Assembly (NCBI RefSeq): GCF_023256195.1
Contig: NZ_JAGDWX010000018.1
Location: 45,031 to 109,030 of the forward strand
Source: Acidithiobacillus sp.
Lineage (GTDB): Bacteria; Pseudomonadota; Gammaproteobacteria; Acidithiobacillales; Acidithiobacillaceae
Reading direction: 5' to 3'
DNA: 64,000 nt
Shown here: positions 30,336-39,705 of the stretch, in pieces
Position numbering within the stretch: the stretch's first letter is position 1
How the letters are laid out: each line of letters begins with the position of its first letter
Notes under the pieces: model-generated
What the model was told of the DNA's origin: nothing
The model's input: only the letters and a program-made list of their open reading frames with translations
Databases searched by the model: none
Position numbers and translations under genes: made by a program

Positions 30336-31129
30336 TGCTCACCAGACGCATCATCCCCTGCCTCGACATCAATGCCGGGCGTGTCGTCAAAGGGGTCCGC
30401 TTTGCCGAGATTCGGGACGCCGGCGACCCCGTGGAGACGGCGGCGCGCTACAACGCCGAGGGCGCCGACGAGCTGACCTTCCTGGACATTTCCGCCAGTC
30501 ACGAAGGGCGCGGCACCATGGCCGAGGTGGTGGCCGCCGTGGCCGCGCAGGTCTTCATCCCCCTCACCGTTGGCGGCGGAGTGGGCAGTGTGGAGGATGT
30601 GCGCGCCCTGCTGCGGGCGGGCGCCGACAAGGTCAGCATCAATAGCGCCGCGGTGCGCGAACCGGAGCTGGTACGCCGGGCCGCCCAGCGCTTCGGCAAC
30701 TCCTGCATCGTGGTGGCTATCGATGCCAAGCGTGTGGGCGAGGGCTGGGAGGTCTTCACCCACGGCGGCCGCCGTCCAACGGGTCTGGACGCCGTCGAGT
30801 GGGCGCTGCGCATGGCGGAGTATGGTGCTGGCGAAATCCTTCTCACCAGCATGGATCGGGACGGCACCGGACAGGGCTTCGACATTGAACTCACGCGCGC
30901 CGTAAGTCGTGCCGTGCCGGTGCCGGTGATTGCCTCGGGTGGCGTTGGCAGCATTGCCGACTTCGCCGCCGGCCTGCTGGAAGGCGAGGCAGATGCTGTC
31001 CTCGCCGCTTCCGTCTTCCACTTTGGCAAATTCCGCATCGCTGAAGTCAAGGCATCCCTCGCAGCCCGTGGCCTGCCGATGCGTCTGGACGCCATCGACG
31101 ACGCATCTGCATCGTTCCATCCCGCGTAA
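30335..31129 (+). CDS. hisF: Imidazole glycerol phosphate synthase, cyclase subunit
   Basis: [18 protein letters not shown]-terminus, 264 aa. Confidence 0.95.
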   Translation: MLTRRIIPCLDINAGRVVKGVRFAEIRDAGDPVETAARYNAEGADELTFLDISASHEGRGTMAEVVAAVAAQVFIPLTVGGGVGSVEDVRALLRAGADKVSINSAAVREPELVRRAAQRFGNSCIVVAIDAKRVGEGWEVFTHGGRRPTGLDAVEWALRMAEYGAGEILLTSMDRDGTGQGFDIELTRAVSRAVPVPVIASGGVGSIADFAAGLLEGEADAVLAASVFHFGKFRIAEVKASLAARGLPMRLDAIDDASASFHPA

Positions 31130-31136
31130 GGAAAGC

Positions 31137-31823
31137 ATGATGTCCGAGGATACCGAAGCATTGCTTGCGGCCGTTCGCTGGAACGAGCAGGGTCTCGTGC
31201 CTGCCATCGCCCAGGAGGCGCGCAGCGGTCAGGTGCTCATGCTCGCCTGGATGAATGCCGATGCCCTGCGCGCTACCCTCGCCGAGGGCCGCGGCGTCTA
31301 CTGGTCGCGCTCGCGCGGGCAACTCTGGCGCAAGGGCGAGAGCTCCGGCCACACCCAGAAATTGCTGGACCTGCGTCTCGACTGCGACGGCGACACCGTC
31401 CTCCTGCGCGTCCTGCAGGAGGGGCCGGCCTGCCATACCGGAGCGCAGACCTGCTTTTTCCGAGCCGCCGGGGAACACTGGACAGAGACGACGCCGCCCC
31501 CCGGCAGCTTCCTCGACAGCCTGCAAGAAACCATCCACGCCCGGCGGAGGGCCGATCCTGGCCAGTCTTATGTCGCCAAGCTGCTCCACGGCGGCCAGGA
31601 TCGCATTCTCAAAAAGGTCGGGGAAGAGGCCACGGAGTTCGTCATCGCCGCCAAGAACGGCGAGCGTGAGGCCATCATCGGCGAGGCGGCGGATCTCCTG
31701 TTTCACACCCTCGTCGCCCTGGAGGAACGGAACTTGCACATCCGCGATGTGCTGGATCGCCTGGCCAGCCGGGAAGGCGTCTCGGGCCTTGCGGAAAAAG
31801 CGGCACGCGGCGCACAAACTTGA
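31137..31823 (+). CDS. hisIE: Bifunctional phosphoribosyl-AMP cyclohydrolase / phosphoribosyl-ATP pyrophosphatase
   Basis: 228 aa from ATG 31137. HisI part ([22 protein letters not shown]) fused to a HisE part ([23 protein letters not shown]). Confidence 0.9.
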   Translation: MMSEDTEALLAAVRWNEQGLVPAIAQEARSGQVLMLAWMNADALRATLAEGRGVYWSRSRGQLWRKGESSGHTQKLLDLRLDCDGDTVLLRVLQEGPACHTGAQTCFFRAAGEHWTETTPPPGSFLDSLQETIHARRRADPGQSYVAKLLHGGQDRILKKVGEEATEFVIAAKNGEREAIIGEAADLLFHTLVALEERNLHIRDVLDRLASREGVSGLAEKAARGAQT

Positions 31824-31847
31824 CGGCACTTAAAGCCTTGGCATAAG
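31820..31847 (+). promoter_or_regulatory. Candidate sigma-70 promoter for tatA
   Basis: TTGACG (overlapping the hisIE stop), a 16-nt spacer, then CATAAG, about 50 nt upstream of the tatA ATG. Weak -10. Confidence 0.25.
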
Positions 31848-31895
31848 GTCCAAGAGATATCGGCGCAACATCCCTGCGGGGAAGGAGAGTGGTTC

Positions 31896-32132
31896 ATGGG
31901 CGCTTTCAGTATCTGGCATTTGATCATCATCCTCTTGATCGTTGTAGCGCTTTTCGGAACGGCCAAGCTGCGCAATGTGGGCAGTGATCTGGGTTCCGCC
32001 ATCAAGAGCTTCCGCTCTGCTGTGAAGGACGAGGAAGAAAAAAAGGCGCAGGAGCCCGCCAACCTCAGCCACAGCACCATCGACGCCGAAGCCAAGCCCG
32101 TCAAGGAATCCGAAAGCGTTCACCACGGGTGA
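31896..32132 (+). CDS. tatA: Twin-arginine translocase subunit TatA
   Basis: 78 aa. TM helix plus hinge [20 protein letters not shown]. Confidence 0.9.
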   Translation: MGAFSIWHLIIILLIVVALFGTAKLRNVGSDLGSAIKSFRSAVKDEEEKKAQEPANLSHSTIDAEAKPVKESESVHHG

Positions 32133-32138
32133 GTCAGG

Positions 32139-32513
32139 GTGTTTGACTTCAGTTTCGGCGAGCTGGCGTTGCTGGCCGTCATCGCCTTGCTGGTGGTCGG
32201 TCCGGAGCGGCTGCCGGAGCTGGCGCGCAAGGCAGGCCGCTGGTACGGTGCCCTGCGACGCACGGTGGACAACGCACGCTCCGAGGTAGAGCAACAGCTG
32301 CTTCTGGATGAGTTGCGTCAGGAGGCGCGCAAACTCCGGGAGTATGCCGACACGGAGCTCCTTCCCGCCGATCCGACCCAGGCTGGGACGACCCCATCCG
32401 ATACCGCTCGCGGAGATACCGTACCGAAGATCGGCGGGGAAACGACACCCGCGGAGGTCGGCGGGGCAGAGCGCAGGGAAACCGCATCCCACTCGGCGCA
32501 AGAGCATTCCTGA
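32139..32513 (+). CDS. tatB: Twin-arginine translocase subunit TatB
   Basis: 124 aa, GTG start. FDFSFGELALLAVIALLVVGPERLPELAR. Confidence 0.85.
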   Translation: MFDFSFGELALLAVIALLVVGPERLPELARKAGRWYGALRRTVDNARSEVEQQLLLDELRQEARKLREYADTELLPADPTQAGTTPSDTARGDTVPKIGGETTPAEVGGAERRETASHSAQEHS

Positions 32514-32607
32514 CAGCCGCCGTCCTTTGCGGGCATTCTCGGCCACCATCGTGCTGGGATACACTCCACAGACTCCGTACCGCCACCGAGAAGGGTAGAA
32601 GATCACC

Positions 32608-33471
32608 ATGGCCACCATCCCGGATTCCTCCGAGAATACCTTCATCGGCCACCTTCTGGAACTTCGCCGCCGCGTGCTCTATGCCGTCCTGGCCATTTTT
32701 GTCGGCTTTCTGCTGTCCTATCCTTTTGCTCAGCAGATCTACACGATCCTGGCGGAACCGCTCATCCGCATCATGCCGGCGGGCAGCCACCTTATCTATA
32801 CGAGCCTGCCGGAGGTCTTTCTCACCTACGTCCAGTTGTCGCTGATATCCGGTTTTGTCCTCGCCTTGCCAGTGGTTCTCTACCAGTTCTGGGCCTTCGT
32901 CGCACCGGGACTTTACGTGCACGAGAGACGCCTCTTTTTCCCCTTGATTTTCGTTTCCGTCACCCTTTTCGTCGTCGGCGTACTCTTTGCCTATTTTGTC
33001 GTCTTTCCCAATGCTTTTCGCTTTTTCTTGAGTTTCTCGGGCACCGACATCACGGCCATGCCCAAGGTCGACAACTATCTCTCCCTCATCGTCAAATTCT
33101 CGCTGGCCTTTGGCCTTGCCTTCCAGATACCGGTGCTCATCGTCGTACTCGTACGGGTGGGTATCCTGCAGATCGACACCCTGCGTCGCGGCCGTCGCTA
33201 CGCCTTCCTGATCTGTGCGGTGGCCGCCGCCATCCTGAGCCCTCCCGATGTGATGTCCATGGTGCTCCTGCTGATCCCCATGTATCTGCTGTTCGAGTTG
33301 GGACTGCTCTTTGCCGCGCGAGTGGCGCCCAGACCGTGGGCGACCGAGGGGCCCGAGGCCGCCACCGCCACCGAGAGTACGCACGAGGAAGATATCGCCG
33401 CCGCCATGGACGCGGCCGAGGCCAGCTTCCGGCGCGACGACGAAGACCGGTCAGACGACCGCAAACCCTAG
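32608..33471 (+). CDS. tatC: Twin-arginine translocase subunit TatC
   Basis: 287 aa, six TM segments. FIGHLLELRRRVLYAVLAIFVGF TatC N-terminal signature. Confidence 0.95.
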   Translation: MATIPDSSENTFIGHLLELRRRVLYAVLAIFVGFLLSYPFAQQIYTILAEPLIRIMPAGSHLIYTSLPEVFLTYVQLSLISGFVLALPVVLYQFWAFVAPGLYVHERRLFFPLIFVSVTLFVVGVLFAYFVVFPNAFRFFLSFSGTDITAMPKVDNYLSLIVKFSLAFGLAFQIPVLIVVLVRVGILQIDTLRRGRRYAFLICAVAAAILSPPDVMSMVLLLIPMYLLFELGLLFAARVAPRPWATEGPEAATATESTHEEDIAAAMDAAEASFRRDDEDRSDDRKP

Positions 33472-33592
33472 CCCGCCCTCTGGTATCTGAAGAGGGCAGG
33501 ATGCCGTTCCGTCGGCGGGGCATCCACGGAACCCCTTTACTTGAATCACAACTCAGCATAGACTTGGATCCAGTCTTAAAAAGGGGCGTAAC

Positions 33593-34024
33593 GTGGCTGG
33601 TCCGAGAGCGCGGGCTTTTCAGTCTTTCCGAATCGGTTTGGGGGTATGGCTTTCCCTCCTGCTGGTGTTGGTCCCTTTTCTCCACGAGCACCTTGGAACC
33701 ACCTCCACGGCCGGCTGGCATTGGCACCTCCACCTTGGTTCGGTGCTGACCGACGGGTCCGATCCCGTCGATCAGCAGATCCATCGCGACCAAGGCCCAA
33801 GCGACGGTGCCACCATCGGTATCGACGCCCTCCTGGAGCGTCCTGCCCAAGAGATTCCGGTGAACCCCATCGCCCAGGGGCTACCGCTCTATCTATCCCT
33901 GATCCTGGTCCTGAGCTGCGGCACCAGAAAGCCACGCGCAGCGGACTGGTCTCGCCACTCGCCCCCACGGTACCGACATCGTCCGGGCCTTCCACCCCAG
34001 GCACTCGCCCCGCCTCGTCACTGA
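33593..34024 (+). CDS. Candidate His-rich small membrane protein upstream of the RND operon
   Basis: 143 aa, GTG start with an AGGGG RBS-like element 8 nt upstream. Basic N-terminus, then TM IGLGVWLSLLLVLVPFL, then HEHLGTTSTAGWHWHLHLG. A second hydrophobic segment is LPLYLSLILVLS. It is the only plausible ORF in a ~620-nt gap. Confidence 0.4.
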   Translation: MAGPRARAFQSFRIGLGVWLSLLLVLVPFLHEHLGTTSTAGWHWHLHLGSVLTDGSDPVDQQIHRDQGPSDGATIGIDALLERPAQEIPVNPIAQGLPLYLSLILVLSCGTRKPRAADWSRHSPPRYRHRPGLPPQALAPPRH

Positions 34025-34096
34025 GCAGAAGATCATCGTGCGGCTTTGGTCCGCCGTTTTTTCAAATCTTTTGTAACAGTTATCGAGGGTTACGCC

Positions 34097-35188
34097 ATGC
34101 ATCGTCCGTGTTTTCATCCCGCCAGGGGTCTGCGTCCTTACGCCCTGGCCCTGCTCCTGTCTACCCTGGGTCTCGGCGCCGAGACCGCCCTGGCTCTGCC
34201 ATCGGAGATTCCCCTCAGCAGCGATCGTCAGATAGCCCTCGGCGTGCGCCTGGCGCCCGTCCTTGCGGCCGGACCCCGAAGCCTCGTGCTGCCCGCCCAG
34301 GCGATGGTTCCGGCGCAGGATCAGTGGGTGGCCAGCAGTGCCGCCTCTGCTTTCGTACAGACCGTGCTGGTCGACAACGGCAGTACCGTGCATCAAGGTC
34401 AGCCCGTGCTGCGTCTGCAGGGCAGCGATATCGCCATGCTCCAGCGCGCTGCCGGCGACGCGCAGGGTCGCGCGGAACTGGCCCAGAGCCAACTGCGGCG
34501 GGACGAGCTGCTATTCAAGGAAGGCATCATTCCTCTGAGTCGCCTGCAACAGAGTCGCCTGGCTGCCTCCGAAGCCAACCGAGCTCTGGCGGAGCAGCGT
34601 CTGGCCCTGCAGTCCGCAGGGGCCACGGGCGGCGTCCGGGGTGAGGCGATCCTACGGGCCGGGCGGGCCGGGCGGGTCACCGACCTGAATGTGGTCCCCG
34701 GTCAACGCGTAGATCCCGGCCAGGTCCTTCTGCGCGTCGTCGATACCGGGGCGCTCTATCTGGAGATGGCGGTCCCGGCCAACCAGGGTCGCGATATTCC
34801 GGTGGGCGCACGGGTAGAAGTCCCGGACACCCAGACCGTCGGCACCATCCAAAGCAAGAGTCCAAGTCTGGGCGCCGGTCAGGAACTGCGCCTGCGGGTG
34901 AAGCTGGGACAGCGGGGCAGCCTCGAGGGCGGACAGACCGTGAGCGCCAAGGTTCTTCTCCCCACCCCCCCGGGCAGCTGGCGCATACCCGCCAGCGCCA
35001 TCACCCGGATGGATCAGAGCAGTGTGGTCTTCGTTCGCAAGGCCAATGCTTTCCGGGTGGTACCGGTGCAGGTCCTCGGCCGCAGCAACGGCGAGGCCGT
35101 GGTGACCGGAGGGCTGCACGCCGGTGAACAGGTAGCGGCTGCGGGGGTCATCGCCATTCAGACGGCCGCCGGCGAGGTAAAGCCATGA
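34097..35188 (+). CDS. Efflux RND periplasmic adaptor (membrane fusion protein)
   Basis: 363 aa from ATG 34097. Signal/anchor segment, lipoyl-like motif (GSTVHQGQPVLRLQ), coiled-coil hairpin and beta-barrel region. ATGA overlap with the pump gene. Confidence 0.85.
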   Translation: MHRPCFHPARGLRPYALALLLSTLGLGAETALALPSEIPLSSDRQIALGVRLAPVLAAGPRSLVLPAQAMVPAQDQWVASSAASAFVQTVLVDNGSTVHQGQPVLRLQGSDIAMLQRAAGDAQGRAELAQSQLRRDELLFKEGIIPLSRLQQSRLAASEANRALAEQRLALQSAGATGGVRGEAILRAGRAGRVTDLNVVPGQRVDPGQVLLRVVDTGALYLEMAVPANQGRDIPVGARVEVPDTQTVGTIQSKSPSLGAGQELRLRVKLGQRGSLEGGQTVSAKVLLPTPPGSWRIPASAITRMDQSSVVFVRKANAFRVVPVQVLGRSNGEAVVTGGLHAGEQVAAAGVIAIQTAAGEVKP

Positions 35189-38100
35189 ACGCGCTCATCG
35201 CCCTCACCCGCGCCGCCCTGAGCCAGCGTCTTCTGACCCTACTGCTGCTGGTCGCCCTGCTCGGCGCCGGCATCATGGCCTGGCGTAGCCTCCCCATCGA
35301 CGCCTTCCCCGATATCTCCGCACCCCAGGTCAAGATCATCCTCAAGACACCGGGCATGACCCCCGAAGAAGTGGAAACCCGAGTGGTCCTGCCGGTAGAG
35401 CAGGAGTTGCTGGGCATCGCCCGCAAGTCGCAGGTGCGTTCGCTGTCGAAATATGGCATCGCCGACATCACCGTCGACTTTCAGGAAGGTACGGATATCT
35501 ACTGGGCCCGCCAGCAGGTGGGTGAGGCTCTGGCCAATGTTCGTGGCGATCTGCCCGCTGGCACTCAGGGAGGATTGGCGCCCATTGCGACTCCCCTGTC
35601 CGATGTCTTCATGTTCACCATCGACGGCGACGCCAGCCTCGCCGCCAAACGTGACGCCCTGCAGTGGATCGTCCGCCCGCAGCTACGCACCCTCCCCGGG
35701 GTAGCCGACGTCAACATGCTCGGCGGCGACGTGCGCGCCTTTACCGTCGTGCCCGATCCAGCCCGGCTGTCGACCCTGGGGGTCAGTCTGGACACCCTGC
35801 GTCAAGCCCTGCAGAGCAACAACAGCAACGACGGGGCGGGACGCGTGGCGGAGGGCGAGTTGAACCGCATCGTGCGGATTCAGGGAGCGTTTCGCAACGC
35901 CGAGGACATCGCCAACACGGTGGTCATCCAGCGCCCCGGCCAGACGCTGCGGGTGCGCGACCTGGCCGAGGTCAAGGAAGAGGCCCTGACTCGCTATGGC
36001 GTGGTCACGCAGGACGGACGCCGCGAAGCCGTGGAAGGTATCGTGGTTGCCCTCAAGGGCGCCAATGCGGCCCAGGTGATCCATGAGGTCAAGGCACGCC
36101 TTGCGGAAATCGCCCCGCGTTTGCCCCAGGGCATGACCATTCACCCTTTCTACGATCGTAGCCAGCTGGTGGAGCGCGCGGTCGGCACCGTCAGCCACGC
36201 CCTCCTCGAGGCCATCGTGCTGGTGGTCGTACTCTTGCTCCTCTTTCTGGGCAACTGGCGGGCGGCGCTGGTGGTGGCCGTGACCATACCCCTCAGTGCC
36301 CTGGCCACCTTCATCCTCATGAAAGTCACGGGGCTCAGCGCGAATCTCATGAGCCTCGGCGGTCTGGCCATCGCCCTGGGCATGTTGGTGGATGCCGCTG
36401 TGGTGGTGGTGGAAAACCTCGTCCATCACCTGAGCCACGACTCCCATGCCGGCTCGGACAGTACGGACGGCGGCGTGAGCCAGCGTCTGGAGCGCATCCT
36501 CCACGCAGTACGCGAAGTAGCAGCACCAGTCACGGCCGGCGTACTCATCATCGTCATCGTTTTTTTGCCCTTATTATCGCTGGAAGGTCTGGAAGGAAAA
36601 CTGTTCCGCCCGGTGGCTCAGACCATCGTCTACGCCTTGGGCGCCTCTCTGCTCATCGCCCTGACCCTGGTACCGGTACTGGCCTCTCTCCTGCTACGCC
36701 GGGGCAGTGCCGAGGACCCGTGGCTTGTCCGGCGGCTGAGTCGATCCTACTCGGGTGTGCTCGACTTTGCCTTCGGCCATCGCCGCCTCATTTATGCTCT
36801 GGCACTGCTTGCCCTGCTCGCGGCGGGATTTGCCTATACCCGCATCGGCAAGGCCTTCATGCCTACGCTGGATGAGGGCGACGTCATCGTCCAGCTGCAG
36901 ACCCTTCCCTCCATTTCCCTCGGCAGCGCCGCTGCCCTCGACCTACGGGTGGAACGCGCCCTCCTCGACGGGGTACCGGAGATCCGCTCCGTCATCGCCC
37001 GCAGCGGTGCCGACGAGCTGGGCCTGGATCCCATGGGGCTCAACGAGACGGACATGTTCCTGGAGCTGAAACCCAGCAAGGATTGGCGGGGCGACAAGGA
37101 GAGTGTGATCGCGGCCATGCGCAAGGTTCTGGGAGGCTTTCCCGGACTCGATTACAGCATCACCCAACCTATCGAGATGCGGGTCTCGGAGATGCTCACC
37201 GGCTCCCGTGGCGATCTGGTGGTGAAGATCTACGGGCCGGACATTGCGGAGCTCGGCAGTCTGGCGCAGAAGGTGGCCGCCACCCTGCGTGGCCTGCCCG
37301 GCGCCGCCGAGGTGCTGGCCGCCCGTCCCGAAGGCGTGGAATATCTCAACGTGGAACTGGACCGCCTGGCCATGGGCAGAGCGGGTTTCGATGCGAAGAT
37401 GCTCGAAGGCGATCTGCGCGCACTGTTGGAGGGTCAGCCCCAGGGGACACTGCTGGAGGGGGTCCGCCCGGTACCCGTGCTCCTGCGCGCTGGCGAGACC
37501 TTACGCAGCAATCCCGAGGCCTTCGCCTCCCTCAGCGTCAGCAACGCTCAGGGCGTAAGCTACCCCCTGCAGAATCTGGCACGCCTGCGCTTCGTCCAGG
37601 GGCCGGTGCAGGTCGCCCACGAAAATGGCAGCCGCTTTGCGGCGGTACAGGCCAACGTCAGCGGTCGCGATCTGGTGGGTTTCGTCCGCGATGCGCAACA
37701 GGCTGTGGCCAAGGCTGTGCCCTTGCCGCCAGGGGTTCGCCTGGAATGGGGTGGTCAGTTCGAAAATCAGCAGCGGGCGGCAGCCCGACTTGGGCTCGTC
37801 GTGCCCATCGCTCTGCTGCTCATCTTCGTGATCCTGATGACCACCTTCGGCTCCCTGCGCCAGTCGGCGCTGATCTTCGTCAACATTCCCTTTGCCATGG
37901 TGGGAGGGGTCATTGCCCTGTGGGCCTCAGGACTCTATCTGTCGGTACCGGCGTCGGTGGGTTTCATCGCCCTGCTGGGTATCGCCGTGCTCAACGGCGT
38001 GGTGCTGGTCAGCCACTTCAACGAGCTCCTGGAGCGCGGCCTACCTCTGTTGCAGGCCGTGCGCGAAGGGGCGCAACGCCGATTGCGACCGGTAATGATG

Positions 38101-38316
38101 ACCGCGAGCATCACCGCCCTCGGGCTCATTCCCCTGCTCTTCGCCACGGGCCCGGGCTCCGAGATCCAGAAACCGCTGGCGGTGGTGGTGGTGGGTGGAC
38201 TGCTGAGCTCCACCGCCCTGACCCTGATCCTTTTGCCCCTGCTCTTCACGCGCTTCGGCCTGCCACCGCAGAAGCCAGACGCCAGCGCGACAGAGCAGTC
38301 CCGAGATAGTGAGTGA
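35185..38316 (+). CDS. Heavy-metal efflux RND pump (CusA/CzcA family)
   Basis: 1043 aa. N-terminus LPIDAFPDISAPQVKIILKTPGMTPEEVE is typical of HME-RND pumps. The TM4 motif LAIALGMLVDAAVVVVEN resembles the CusA type more than the CzcA DFG..DGA..VEN type (from memory). Confidence 0.93.
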   Translation: MNALIALTRAALSQRLLTLLLLVALLGAGIMAWRSLPIDAFPDISAPQVKIILKTPGMTPEEVETRVVLPVEQELLGIARKSQVRSLSKYGIADITVDFQEGTDIYWARQQVGEALANVRGDLPAGTQGGLAPIATPLSDVFMFTIDGDASLAAKRDALQWIVRPQLRTLPGVADVNMLGGDVRAFTVVPDPARLSTLGVSLDTLRQALQSNNSNDGAGRVAEGELNRIVRIQGAFRNAEDIANTVVIQRPGQTLRVRDLAEVKEEALTRYGVVTQDGRREAVEGIVVALKGANAAQVIHEVKARLAEIAPRLPQGMTIHPFYDRSQLVERAVGTVSHALLEAIVLVVVLLLLFLGNWRAALVVAVTIPLSALATFILMKVTGLSANLMSLGGLAIALGMLVDAAVVVVENLVHHLSHDSHAGSDSTDGGVSQRLERILHAVREVAAPVTAGVLIIVIVFLPLLSLEGLEGKLFRPVAQTIVYALGASLLIALTLVPVLASLLLRRGSAEDPWLVRRLSRSYSGVLDFAFGHRRLIYALALLALLAAGFAYTRIGKAFMPTLDEGDVIVQLQTLPSISLGSAAALDLRVERALLDGVPEIRSVIARSGADELGLDPMGLNETDMFLELKPSKDWRGDKESVIAAMRKVLGGFPGLDYSITQPIEMRVSEMLTGSRGDLVVKIYGPDIAELGSLAQKVAATLRGLPGAAEVLAARPEGVEYLNVELDRLAMGRAGFDAKMLEGDLRALLEGQPQGTLLEGVRPVPVLLRAGETLRSNPEAFASLSVSNAQGVSYPLQNLARLRFVQGPVQVAHENGSRFAAVQANVSGRDLVGFVRDAQQAVAKAVPLPPGVRLEWGGQFENQQRAAARLGLVVPIALLLIFVILMTTFGSLRQSALIFVNIPFAMVGGVIALWASGLYLSVPASVGFIALLGIAVLNGVVLVSHFNELLERGLPLLQAVREGAQRRLRPVMMTASITALGLIPLLFATGPGSEIQKPLAVVVVGGLLSSTALTLILLPLLFTRFGLPPQKPDASATEQSRDSE

Positions 38317-38325
38317 GGCAAGCCA

Positions 38326-39687
38326 ATGAACATACGACAGACTTTACCAAAACTGATGATACTGGTGGGCGCTGGTCTCTGCAGCAGCGGCCTGTGGGCA
38401 GGTCCCGCGGCCACGGCACCGGGCCTGGAAGCCCCGGCTCTGCCCGCGCCCACGGCGCTGACTGCCTCCGGCAGTCTGCAGCTACCGACGACGGCAGCGC
38501 TGGAGCCCATCCTCCAGCGTTCCCCGGCCTTCGCCACGGCCGAGGCCCAGGGGCAGGCAGCCCTGGCCCAGGCCGATGCCCTGCGGCGCGGCAGCAACGA
38601 GTTCAACCTCTCGAGTCAGGTGCAGAGCCGCCAGATTCGCACTGGCCCGGACCAAGGGCGCTATACCGAATGGCAAGTGGGCGTGCAGCGTCCCGTGCGC
38701 TGGCCGGGGCAGGCGCAGGCGGATGCTGCTCTGGGTAAAACCCTGGTGCAGCAGAGCCGTATCGGCCTGGGCGATGCCCGTCACGAAACCCTGCGCGAGA
38801 TTCTGCGGATGCTGACCGCCGTGCAACGCAATGCCGCTCTGGCGCAGCTCTCCGGCGATGCCGCGGCACTTCTGCAGACTCAGGTCCGCATCTTGGAAAA
38901 ACGTCAGTCGGCGGGAGACGCCAGTCTCCTGGAACTGGATCGCATCCGCGCCGAGGCAGCGCAGGAAGAGGCCATGGCAACCCAGGATCGAGCCCGGGCC
39001 GAGGCATCTCTGGCCGCTTGGCAAAGCCGGTTTCCCGAGCTGTCGCCCCACCCCCAGTCACACACCGAACTCCGGGGACTGAAGGGCAGCTCGACGGAAC
39101 TCCTGAGCGACTACCTCGCGCACAATCACCAACTGCTCCTCCTGCAGGCACAGTGGAACAAGGCCATGGCACAGGCTCGTCAGGCCCACGCCCAGGAATG
39201 GCCACAACCCACCCTGGGTGCCTACCTGAGCTCGGAGCGGGGCGGCAACGAACGTATCGTTGGGGTGCAATTGTCCATGCCCATCCCCAGCGGCAGCCGC
39301 AGGGACCAGACCGCCGCCCTGACAGCGGAAGCCACCGCTGCCCGAGCGCGTCTGGCCCAGACTCGGGAACTCCTGCAAAGCGAATTCCTGAGCCGTCTGC
39401 GGGAGTCCACTGGGCTCACGGAGAGTGCGACGCAACTGGAACGCGCCTACGCCGACCAATGGCGTGCAGCGCAGCGGGCACAACGTGCCTACACGCTGGG
39501 GGAGAGCCCCCTCAGTGACTGGCTACAGCTGCGTCGTCAGAGCCTGCAGACGGCCCGCGCTCTGGTCGAGGCACGCTACAATGCCGCCGCTGCACAGGCC
39601 GAGCTTCTGCTGGACAGTCACCAGCTCTGGTCGCTGGCCGAAGCAGACGGGATGCACTCCGCACAGACCGAGGCACCGGGGCTCTGA
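38326..39687 (+). CDS. Outer-membrane efflux factor (TolC/OEP family)
   Basis: 453 aa, signal peptide and two OEP-like helical repeats. Immediately follows the pump gene. Confidence 0.85.
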   Translation: MNIRQTLPKLMILVGAGLCSSGLWAGPAATAPGLEAPALPAPTALTASGSLQLPTTAALEPILQRSPAFATAEAQGQAALAQADALRRGSNEFNLSSQVQSRQIRTGPDQGRYTEWQVGVQRPVRWPGQAQADAALGKTLVQQSRIGLGDARHETLREILRMLTAVQRNAALAQLSGDAAALLQTQVRILEKRQSAGDASLLELDRIRAEAAQEEAMATQDRARAEASLAAWQSRFPELSPHPQSHTELRGLKGSSTELLSDYLAHNHQLLLLQAQWNKAMAQARQAHAQEWPQPTLGAYLSSERGGNERIVGVQLSMPIPSGSRRDQTAALTAEATAARARLAQTRELLQSEFLSRLRESTGLTESATQLERAYADQWRAAQRAQRAYTLGESPLSDWLQLRRQSLQTARALVEARYNAAAAQAELLLDSHQLWSLAEADGMHSAQTEAPGL

Positions 39688-39705
39688 GACCCTTCCCCAC
39701 CAGGC

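Noticed and set aside
33137-34004. Minus-strand ORFs (237 aa and 142 aa) in the tatC-RND gap
   Set aside because: The translations are Gly/Arg/Pro-rich with no TM segments or motifs, and they partly run antisense to tatC. The plus-strand His-rich ORF is the better candidate.
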